From Ignicoccus pacificus DSM 13166 (lineage in GTDB: Archaea; Thermoproteota; Thermoprotei_A; Sulfolobales; Ignicoccaceae): DNA of 32,000 nt. The translations under genes and the position numbers were made by a program. A model generated the notes under the pieces. That model was not told the origin of the DNA, made no database searches, and saw only the letters and a program-made list of their open reading frames with translations. The stretch lies in assembly GCA_025340205.1 (NCBI GenBank), contig CP006868.1, forward strand, positions 270,001 through 302,000. Reading direction: 5' to 3'. Within the stretch, counting starts at the first letter, position 1. Each line of letters starts with the position of its first letter. This document shows positions 15,954 through 23,568 of the stretch, piece after piece.

Positions 15954-17375
15954 ATGAGATTAACTACTCCGAATGAAATACTTCAACAAGATGAATATGG
16001 TGTACTCTACGTTAAAGAAGTATGGGAAGATTTACAAGAAATATTTAATAGAGATAGAAGGGGCAGAAGGAGAATATATCCCATAGATAGAATTACAAAT
16101 CTCTTAGAGAGGAATGTGCCAGAGTTTAGGGAAAGGTACGAAAACTTGTTTTACGAAACGTTCGAAGGCCTCGGGCTCAATGAAACTTTAAGTAGAGAGC
16201 TCTATGAATTGTTGTTCTCTCAAGAAAATCATGATCAAAGAAGTTCCCTAACAGGCGTTATTAAGATTTTCCTTGAATTAGTGTTTCGTGCTCCGTTTTC
16301 AGAAATCTTTATCTCCCTTCGTTGCAAGGAGAAACTCTCGATTATCTATGATACTTTCCAAGATATGGAGGAGAACCGAGAGGAGTATATTAAATCGTCG
16401 ATAATTCACCTTGCTAGACAGTGTTTCCCTTACTCGTTCTTTGCAAACGATACGATTTACGTTTTCCACCAAAGTGATTTAAATGAGTTATACAATATGT
16501 ACTTTAACGATACTGTTCGAAGAAATACTGATGCAATTAATTTAGACACTTTGTTCAGCTTTAGTACCGTTAGTACCGATGGTGAGGGAGAAGAACAAGC
16601 AGAAGTCTACACGGAAATTAGGAGGTTGTTAGTATCTCCTTATCAATTGGTTGTACTGTTGGAAGAGTATATAAGAAACGAGCCTTATTCTAGGGTAATA
16701 CATGAAATTCTTAATTACACTAGTAGACCTAGGTTCGGAGGAGGAATAGGAAAATACTCTATAATCGAACACGTAATCTCAGAGCCCGGAAGAAATCTAT
16801 ATATCGAGCCATTCCTACATCCCCATCCCAAAAGAGCTGTAGAAGTTCTCTTTTATCACGCAGTGTTCTATTCATGGCTAGAGAAACTACTTCAAGCATG
16901 GTTTGAGATAATTAGGTTTAATGTTACTAACACAAATGAATCAAGAATGATAAATAACTTTATCCTTATCATATCACTAATTTACATTTATCTGTTATTG
17001 ATTCATGTTAAAAGAAGAATAGGGAACAGAGATGTTATCGTACCTACCGTTAAAGACCACCTCATAGTCCTCTTTACCCTGATTACTTTATTACACAGAG
17101 CTCCATACAATGAAATAAGAGATATCTTGCTTGAAAACAATATATTAGCTATTGTTGGAGGTGAAAGAGAAAATATCCTTGGAGATCAATTTGGAGGAAC
17201 TACATATAGAAGATACATCCTCTTCCTCTTGAACATAATATACAATGACACAGTAAGGATTGTTGATATTCGCGATCAGTTAACCGATCCAGAAGTTCTC
17301 CTCACTATAGGCTACGTTAGACGTAAACTCCTCGATATTCAGAGGTTCTACAACCCACCAAGAGAGGAGGGATGA
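15954..17375 (+). CDS. Uncharacterised 473-aa protein with one or two hydrophobic segments, embedded in the cmr operon
   Basis: A long ORF with GGAGGTG 6 nt upstream of the ATG. Its stop overlaps the start of the deaminase gene (ATGA). Hydrophobic stretches are 'MINNFILIISLIYIYLLLIHV' and 'LIVLFTLITLL'. I recognise no catalytic motif. Confidence 0.5.
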   Translation: MRLTTPNEILQQDEYGVLYVKEVWEDLQEIFNRDRRGRRRIYPIDRITNLLERNVPEFRERYENLFYETFEGLGLNETLSRELYELLFSQENHDQRSSLTGVIKIFLELVFRAPFSEIFISLRCKEKLSIIYDTFQDMEENREEYIKSSIIHLARQCFPYSFFANDTIYVFHQSDLNELYNMYFNDTVRRNTDAINLDTLFSFSTVSTDGEGEEQAEVYTEIRRLLVSPYQLVVLLEEYIRNEPYSRVIHEILNYTSRPRFGGGIGKYSIIEHVISEPGRNLYIEPFLHPHPKRAVEVLFYHAVFYSWLEKLLQAWFEIIRFNVTNTNESRMINNFILIISLIYIYLLLIHVKRRIGNRDVIVPTVKDHLIVLFTLITLLHRAPYNEIRDILLENNILAIVGGERENILGDQFGGTTYRRYILFLLNIIYNDTVRIVDIRDQLTDPEVLLTIGYVRRKLLDIQRFYNPPREEG

Positions 17376-19615
17376 GGATGAATGGTGTCTTGAGACTGCC
17401 ACATTTCTACAACAATTTGAGAGACTCCTTGAAAGCAATTCTCATAGTCCCTATTAATCTCACTAAACATGAACATTCTGAGGAAATTATTAATGAGATA
17501 AATAAATGTTATCAAGGTCTAATAAGAGGGAGGGGACGACGGTTAGAGACTTGCAGAAAAGTAGTTCAACTAAGTGGCATGAAGAACGTCGTCGGAGAGA
17601 CGAAACTCAAGAAGTTCTTAGCCGATCGAATGTTAAATGATCCCCCTCCGTTCTCTCCCCTATACCCTCTTAGGATTGATTTGATCAACTCCATTCTAGA
17701 TTATATAAATACAGAAGTAAAGAAAGCAGTTGGAAGAGAACTTTACAATCTTAATCTATATGATGCTGATTATTCAACCTTGTTTAAGGCACTTACTGAT
17801 GGAATAATCCGGAATATCCGCGGTGTTATAAACGTCAATGATGTTACCGAGCTTATCATACTCAGTAGGAGAATCCCCATAGAACACCTAAGTTGGCAAC
17901 TTTCTCCAGGATTTCTACGAGAAGTGACAGATGAACATGTTCATTTAGGAGCATCCTTAACTCCTCTGTCAGCTTTCTTCCACGTGAGTTACTTCATCTA
18001 TTCCCTTCCTCGCAACATCGTGAAGAAGACTAGTAAATACTCGAGCTTTTTGAGTGAGAACTTCTTCAAACTTCTGGAAGTGCTCCCGATAGCGCGCATA
18101 GCTCTTGAAGCTTGTTTAGAAAGAAATGTACCTTCTATCTTTAGTGATAATGAAGAAGTTAATAAGAAAGCGATTAGAGAATACTTAGAGACGCTCTTGA
18201 GCAAAAACGTAGTAGAAGAAGAAAGACTATTGGTACGTGATGTTCTTTTGAGAAATAAATGTTCGATTGAATTTCTAATATACGAATTGATATCATCATC
18301 CCTAGTCTCCTCAATAGTTCAGAACGACCTCTATACCGGTCTGAGCAGCTTCAGCATGTTCTACAGTCGTGGCAGCACAGCAATAAAAGCGATCAGGAAA
18401 GCAGTTAAGAACAGTATCGCGAAAAACGCCAAGAGACGTTACGTTAAGATAATAGAACACTTCCACGGGACGATGGATGAGGTTATCGGAACTAGATTAA
18501 CCGTCCGCTTTAAGATATCTGCAGAGGATTTTTACAAGAACTTTAAGATAATAAATAACTTCAAGAGGTTAAGTTCCCAGAAATACTTTCTAAGTTATGT
18601 AAAAAGACCTTTTAAAAATGAACGGAAGAGAGCACTGCGTTCTCTTCTTGACGACATGTATAAGGAAGCGTACTACTTCAAGCTAGTTCTTGAAAATTAT
18701 GAGAACGCTAAGAAGATAGTATTAGGTCCTGATGTAGCCGGAGTTGAGGAACACGTGCCTAACTGGATTGGGGTTAGGTACGTGAGCATGACTACCGAAT
18801 TTATGACCGAGAAAGGGGTTCCCTCTATCATAAGCTATCATGCTGGGGAAAGTTACTTCAACGTCTTCAACGGCCTTCGTTCAATGTATGAGGTAATAGA
18901 ATTTGGAGGGTTAAGGAGCGATGATAGAATAGGTCACGCCTTAGTTCTCGGAGACACAGAAGTCATGAACAGTTACATAGAAAATGCTTGGGATGCCCTC
19001 TTCGATCTCGTTTTCATTCGCTTGTTTCTAGAAAGGGAAATGCCACACCTAGTGAATCAGCTAGAAGGTACCTTTAGACAAGTGATCTATAAAGTCAGAA
19101 GAGAAGGGATGGAAATACAGCCAGAACTACTAATGGAACTTTGGAAGGATCTGTTTGATGAGGAAAGGTTAAGGTATCTCCTCTTCCATTCCAGCTATCC
19201 TGCACTTTCCAACGGTTACTACTATAGTGTGGTAAATAATTTCAAGATGAGAGAGGTTGAAGAAGAGATATTGGAAGTATTCAAGCACTATTTCAATAGC
19301 TGGCATAAGACTCAATCAGTTGATCTTATTAAAGTTCTGCAGAGATCGTTCTCAGAAGATCAAATAAGGGAGATAGCTACAAACATCAGAGAGTTTCTGA
19401 TGGAGTTAGTGAAAAGAAAAGGTATATTCATCGAAAGTTGCCCTACATCAAACATCATAATAAGGCACTTGAGTTCACATCCGCTTGGTCTATTTAAAGA
19501 AAAAGAATTGAAGGTGGGAATGGGAACAGACGACCCGTTGATTCTAAATACAGAGCCTTTTATAGAGCAAGGCATATTTAACAAACTTCTTGAAGAAGTA
19601 GACATGACAAGGTGA
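17372..19615 (+). CDS. Adenosine/AMP-deaminase-fold metallohydrolase with an N-terminal ~185-aa domain of unknown type; candidate CRISPR-linked nucleotide deaminase (Cad1/RdrB-like)
   Basis: The full deaminase signature is present in the canonical order: 'EHVHLGAS' (H189/H191, nt 17936-17944), 'SYHAGESY' (H490/E493, nt 18839-), 'DRIGHALVL' (H522), 'ESCPTSNI' (690-694) and 'GMGTDDPL' (D720/D721, nt 19529-19534). Confidence 0.8.
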   Translation: MRMNGVLRLPHFYNNLRDSLKAILIVPINLTKHEHSEEIINEINKCYQGLIRGRGRRLETCRKVVQLSGMKNVVGETKLKKFLADRMLNDPPPFSPLYPLRIDLINSILDYINTEVKKAVGRELYNLNLYDADYSTLFKALTDGIIRNIRGVINVNDVTELIILSRRIPIEHLSWQLSPGFLREVTDEHVHLGASLTPLSAFFHVSYFIYSLPRNIVKKTSKYSSFLSENFFKLLEVLPIARIALEACLERNVPSIFSDNEEVNKKAIREYLETLLSKNVVEEERLLVRDVLLRNKCSIEFLIYELISSSLVSSIVQNDLYTGLSSFSMFYSRGSTAIKAIRKAVKNSIAKNAKRRYVKIIEHFHGTMDEVIGTRLTVRFKISAEDFYKNFKIINNFKRLSSQKYFLSYVKRPFKNERKRALRSLLDDMYKEAYYFKLVLENYENAKKIVLGPDVAGVEEHVPNWIGVRYVSMTTEFMTEKGVPSIISYHAGESYFNVFNGLRSMYEVIEFGGLRSDDRIGHALVLGDTEVMNSYIENAWDALFDLVFIRLFLEREMPHLVNQLEGTFRQVIYKVRREGMEIQPELLMELWKDLFDEERLRYLLFHSSYPALSNGYYYSVVNNFKMREVEEEILEVFKHYFNSWHKTQSVDLIKVLQRSFSEDQIREIATNIREFLMELVKRKGIFIESCPTSNIIIRHLSSHPLGLFKEKELKVGMGTDDPLILNTEPFIEQGIFNKLLEEVDMTR

Positions 19616-20493
19616 GAGTCGAAATGAACGGTAAACGGCCGGATCTCATAGCGTTCGAGGAATTTGTGAAGACCATCGTTGACGCTTATGAGAACCCTGA
19701 GGGAGCTGCTTCGATGATAAAGAACCTCAAACGAAGTATAATATTGAAGCTGGAGAGTGAGACCCTAGACTACGTACCTAAGATATTCGAGCTCATAAGG
19801 AGGCTAAACGAGATGAAGAAAGAAGCGTTGAAAAGAAACGGATATTGGGTAGGATATGTTCAAGCGAAATTAGTCTCTCCAGGTCTTGTAGGCTCTAGTG
19901 AGGGCATCTTCAAAACTGTGTTCGAAGTTGGACTAACCCTTGACAAAGTGTTGGGCGTCCCCTTCTACCCCTCTTCGTCGGTAAAGGGGGTGGTCAGATC
20001 TAGGATTAAAAATATGCTAGAAAAAGAAGATAAAAATGTAGAGGAAGTCGTACAAGAGCTTTTCGGAGATATGGAAAGCGAAGGAAACGTGATTTTCATG
20101 GATGCTTACCCGATTGGCTGTATAGAGGAGCAATGTTCCTTATTCTCAGGAGCGGTGATTACTCCTCACTACTATAAAGGAGGCCAAGTAGTAGATAATG
20201 AACTTGGAGTTAAACCCGTTCCTATTCCACACCTTGTTGTCTCTCCAGGTTTGGTATTTGAGTTTATAATAGGAGTTAGGCGTGATGGAGGATATACGAA
20301 CACTATAAAGATGCTAGGAAATGGAAGCATAAGAGCTCATGAAATACCTCAAAAAGTTCTAATTAAGATCATGAGTTTATTAGTCGAAGAATTACAGAAG
20401 GGAGCCTTCGGTAGGGCTAGTAAGGGTTTCAACGTATTTGAGCCCGATAAAGGGTTAATCCCCAGTCAAGTGAGGGCATTAGGGATTCTATAG
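19612..20493 (+). CDS. cmr6: Type III-B RAMP subunit Cmr6 (Cas7-family)
   Basis: 'KLVSPGLVGSSEG...GLTLDKVLGVPFYPSSSVKGVVRS', 'VITPHYYKGG' and the G-rich 'GAFGRASKGFNVFE' match the Cmr6 pattern. The GTG start overlaps the deaminase stop (GTGA); an alternative ATG is at 19624. Confidence 0.75.
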   Translation: MRVEMNGKRPDLIAFEEFVKTIVDAYENPEGAASMIKNLKRSIILKLESETLDYVPKIFELIRRLNEMKKEALKRNGYWVGYVQAKLVSPGLVGSSEGIFKTVFEVGLTLDKVLGVPFYPSSSVKGVVRSRIKNMLEKEDKNVEEVVQELFGDMESEGNVIFMDAYPIGCIEEQCSLFSGAVITPHYYKGGQVVDNELGVKPVPIPHLVVSPGLVFEFIIGVRRDGGYTNTIKMLGNGSIRAHEIPQKVLIKIMSLLVEELQKGAFGRASKGFNVFEPDKGLIPSQVRALGIL

Positions 20494-20795
20494 AGAATTT
20501 ACTACATCTTCTCCAAATGTTATAAAGAGAAAGTATTTCTTGAGAAGTGTGTTACCGTCAGGAGCTCTCCAGATGTAAAGACGATTCTATGAGATACTCA
20601 CATCAAAGATAAATAGATATGTGAATAGCATGGAGGATCAAGCCATTTTAACCCTTTCAAATGGCTAGCAAGCTGTTTTTACTTTTTACTATTTATAATA
20701 ATAGTGTTTTCTTGGTAATACTTTGTCTATCTGTCAGTGTAGTTTTTCCACATCGATAATTCTGAAATTATCTTTAGAACCATTGAGAGGCACCA

Positions 20796-21562
20796 CTTTC
20801 TATTCACTCTTGTAACTCTTCATGGTATAAGACATGTTGCTACGCTTCCCGGCATTCCTGATGCCTTTCTATTCACTATTGTAACTCTTCAAGGGCCCTA
20901 GAGCTCCTGAGCAGCCCCAAGCTGATCCTCTCGCTTTCTATTCACTATTGTAACTCTTCCTACCGACTTCATCAAGGATCAAGTGAGCTCAAAGATCCAG
21001 GACTTTCTATTCACTATTGTGACTCTTCAGGTGAGAAGATGAAAATCGTCGAGACCAAGAAGCTCCCTTATCCTTTCTATTCACTATTATAACTCTTCAT
21101 CTTTATCATTGTATATTATAGATAGTGTGAGCAGTAAGACTTTCTATTCACTATTGTAACTCTTCGATGGTTCGACTACGACCTCGGACACGATAGATCT
21201 GGGCTTTCTATTCACTATTGTAACTCTTCCTCAAGCTGGCTGAGTACTACGCGGAGCTGGCAAAGAAGACGCTTTCTATTCACTATTGTAACTCTTCCTC
21301 AATCGACCTAGAGAATTTGACCATGGCCGTAGAGCCGAAGACTTTCTATTCACTATTGTAACTCTTCAAAGCATTGAAAAGCTGAAGACCGAGTGCCGGG
21401 ACAAGGTTGACTTTCTATTCACTATTGTAACTCTTCGACTTCATTGTGGCGTTGGTAGGAGAGCCGGGCTGCCTTTCTATTCACTATTGTAACTCTTCGC
21501 CCTAGATCATCCCCTCGAGGCTGGGACTGGATCATACTTTCTATTCACTATTGTAACTCTTC
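20796..21562 (-). CRISPR. CRISPR array with 12 repeats of 26 nt and 11 spacers of 36-44 nt; probably transcribed from the minus strand
   Basis: The plus-strand repeat is CTTTCTATTCACTATTGTAACTCTTC, starting at 20796, 20865, 20934, 21003, 21073, 21140, 21204, 21272, 21342, 21411, 21473 and 21537. Variant repeats are R1 (A>C, CACTCTTG), R4 (GTGACTC) and R5 (ATTATAAC). The reverse complement GAAGAGTTACAATAGTGAATAGAAAG ends in ATAGAAAG, like the ATTGAAAG 8-nt crRNA tag of archaeal repeats. Confidence 0.95.
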
Positions 21563-21650
21563 CGTGACCCTCCTATTTAACTAGCCCTTCCTTTCACTAA
21601 TAAGCCATTCCTTTCCCATTGTCTTGATTTGGTTACTTTATTAACTCTGA
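21563..21650 (-). promoter_or_regulatory. Candidate CRISPR leader/promoter, assuming minus-strand orientation
   Basis: This AT-rich flank is adjacent to perfect repeat R12. On the minus strand it carries TTAATAAAG (21636-21644) and TTAAATAG (about 21572-21579). TTAATAAAG resembles the TATA-like elements upstream of both tRNA genes. The degenerate repeat R1 lies at the opposite end of the array. Confidence 0.4.
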
Positions 21651-22088
21651 ATACTTAAGCTTTCATGAGAACAGTTTTGCTCCACTTCCATCAATTAGAA
21701 TTACCTAACCAAAACTAATGGTCAAACAAAAGAGTTCATTATCATCGGCGTTCCCATGTGTGTGGCAATGGAAAGATTAGTTTAGCCTTTAAAATGAATT
21801 GAAGAATTTGTATTCAAAGACGAATAGAGCTCAAGGTGAAGGGAAGAAAGGATACCATAAATGTCCTAATGTGTGATCATTGAGAAGTGTAAATAATAAG
21901 GAATGAGAGTAGTGATGGGGATTTATGGAAATGGTTGACTTAGAAGGAAATAGAATGAAAATGGTATAACTAAAGCTAGGACAAGATCGAAGGGAGCTCT
22001 TGGAAGGGTAAGAACTCACAGGTGTGAAATGATAAAGGTTCCGGTATTCTCCGCTTCTTCAAGAAGTTCACGAAAGGATAGGGCGCCT

Positions 22089-22165
22089 TGGTGGGGCCGC
22101 CGGGATTTGAACCCGGGACCACCAGCGCCCCAGGCTGGCATCCTACCAAGCTAGACGACGGCCCC
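22089..22165 (-). tRNA. tRNA-Pro (anticodon GGG), no intron; the 3' CCA is encoded
   Basis: The minus strand reads GGGGCCG-TC-GTCT-AGCTTGGTA-GGAT-G-CCAGC-CTGGGGC-GCTGG-TGGTC-CCGGG-TTCAAAT-CCCGG-CGGCCCC-A-CCA, a hand-folded cloverleaf. Confidence 0.9.
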
Positions 22166-22192
22166 ACGCACCGTGCCTCATGATGAAAGGGA

Positions 22193-22201
22193 GTTTATTA
22201 A
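22193..22201 (-). promoter_or_regulatory. Candidate TATA box for tRNA-Pro
   Basis: The minus strand has TTAATAAAC 28-36 nt upstream of the tRNA 5' end. A near-identical TTATTAAAC (5687-5695) lies 36-44 nt upstream of tRNA-Trp. Confidence 0.4.
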
Positions 22202-22276
22202 TTTTACTTCAAAAATCAGATGAGAGTGCCGAGTATGGTCCTAGCCTTTACCACTCCCTTTAGCCTCTTGCTCTCA

Positions 22277-22966
22277 TCAACTATAGGCAAGACCTCCAGC
22301 TGCTTGTCCAGCATTTTCTGTAGCTACGTCCTTTATCTTGGCATCTTCATGATAATAATTGCTCACGGCTATAGCCAAGTCGCCCACCACGCTCTCCATG
22401 ACCGATGGCTCTCCCCTCTCTATCATTGAGACTACGTCGTCTCTGGTGTAGAACTCTAGGAAGGTTATGGGAGTTAGCTGACCCATTATCCTTCCTTGAC
22501 CCACGTAGAGGTAGCCATCTAGTCCAAAGGCCAAGGAGCTCAAGAGCGCCTCCCTGACGGTTACCAACGGATCTATTACCTTGGGCCTCTCGTCCATTAT
22601 CTCCTTCACCTTGGTTTCCGGCAGATCTCCGGCGAGCTTTCCTAGGAAGTAGAGGGAGCTCACGACGTTGCCTCCCTTGAGAACTACTGCTCCTAGCTCC
22701 CTCACTATCATCGTCTTCGGCCCCTCCACCTCCTCCACTATGGGGACCTCGTAGGCCCACTGCTCAGCGTCCGTAGAGAGGACCTCGGCTAGCTCCACCA
22801 CGCTGTTGGCGGAAGCTATGGCCCTCAGCACTTGGGGAGCGTCTATCATCTTCACAGGCTGTCCTTCCAGCAAGACGTAAGGGTACTTGGCCATAGCCAT
22901 AGCCTTTGCCACGTCGAGCAGGGGAGTGCCCTTAGCTAGGGGACCTATAGTTGAGTGAACTATCAA
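22277..22966 (-). CDS. CBS-domain-containing protein
   Basis: 'VKEIMDERPKVIDPLVTVREALLS...YLYVGQGRIMGQLTPITFLEF' and the N-terminal 'TPLLDVAKAMAMAKYPYVLLEGQPVKMIDAPQVLRAI' both resemble CBS repeats. Confidence 0.5.
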   Translation of the reverse strand: MIVHSTIGPLAKGTPLLDVAKAMAMAKYPYVLLEGQPVKMIDAPQVLRAIASANSVVELAEVLSTDAEQWAYEVPIVEEVEGPKTMIVRELGAVVLKGGNVVSSLYFLGKLAGDLPETKVKEIMDERPKVIDPLVTVREALLSSLAFGLDGYLYVGQGRIMGQLTPITFLEFYTRDDVVSMIERGEPSVMESVVGDLAIAVSNYYHEDAKIKDVATENAGQAAGGLAYS

Positions 22967-23013
22967 GGATCTCTTCCCGTGTGACTTACGAGAATCTGAA
23001 TAAAAATCACGGG

Positions 23014-23466
23014 TTACTGCTCCTTCCTTATAGCCTCAACCAAAACCTTCGCCAAGGTAGCTACAGCTACCTTAGGCCTCTCGCTGCTATCTACCTCAGC
23101 GAAGGCGGAGTACACGTCAGCGGGGTTCTTTCCGCTCGCCTCAGCGATCATGGCGATTACGTCGATTACATCCATGGTTAGGAACTGAGCCACCTTAGCC
23201 TTCACTCCCTCGCTCATGTTCTCCTTTAATACCTCCAACAGAGTTTCCCCTCTTTCCACGGCCTCGGTAATTACGGCCTCTCCGACGTTGTCCAGTATCT
23301 CGCTGAAAGTGATATCGATGTCGAGCTCCAAAGGCATGGCTCCAGCATTTATCATTAACCTTAGGAGCTCTGCCTCGGCCTCCTTGTAAGGATCTACCTC
23401 GTGGAAGCCGAGCGCGTTTAGAGTTGAAGCCACCGAAGCCTTGGTAACAGCCTCACTAGCGCTCAC
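23014..23466 (-). CDS. Hypothetical acidic protein
   Basis: 150-aa ORF with backbone-like codon usage. I recognise no motif. Confidence 0.5.
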   Translation of the reverse strand: MSASEAVTKASVASTLNALGFHEVDPYKEAEAELLRLMINAGAMPLELDIDITFSEILDNVGEAVITEAVERGETLLEVLKENMSEGVKAKVAQFLTMDVIDVIAMIAEASGKNPADVYSAFAEVDSSERPKVAVATLAKVLVEAIRKEQ

Positions 23467-23568
23467 GTGTGATCCCGCTGTGTTACTAGCTCTACCGGAG
23501 TATTTGAAGCGGGGAAGAAGGTAGGACTACAAGATGGTTTCCTTAAGACACCTAACTGAAAGTAATAC

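Noticed and set aside
21587-21610. Possible 13th, degenerate CRISPR repeat (CTTTC-ACTAATAAGCC) 28 nt beyond R12
   Set aside because: It matches the repeat only if a 5-nt deletion and several mismatches are allowed. The implied 28-nt spacer is far shorter than the 36-44-nt spacers. I treat it as leader sequence or chance similarity. If real, it would argue for the opposite array orientation.
21976-22167. 63-aa minus-strand ORF across tRNA-Pro, and the adjacent 62-aa ORF at 21831..22019
   Set aside because: The first is simply a reading through the tRNA gene. The second lies in the AT-rich array flank and has no start context or motif. Both are most likely non-coding.
22347-22760. 137-aa Gly/Arg/Ser-rich ORF in an alternative frame of the CBS-domain gene
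   Set aside because: It is on the same strand and fully nested in a longer ORF that has recognisable CBS motifs. Its low-complexity GC-driven composition makes it a shadow ORF.
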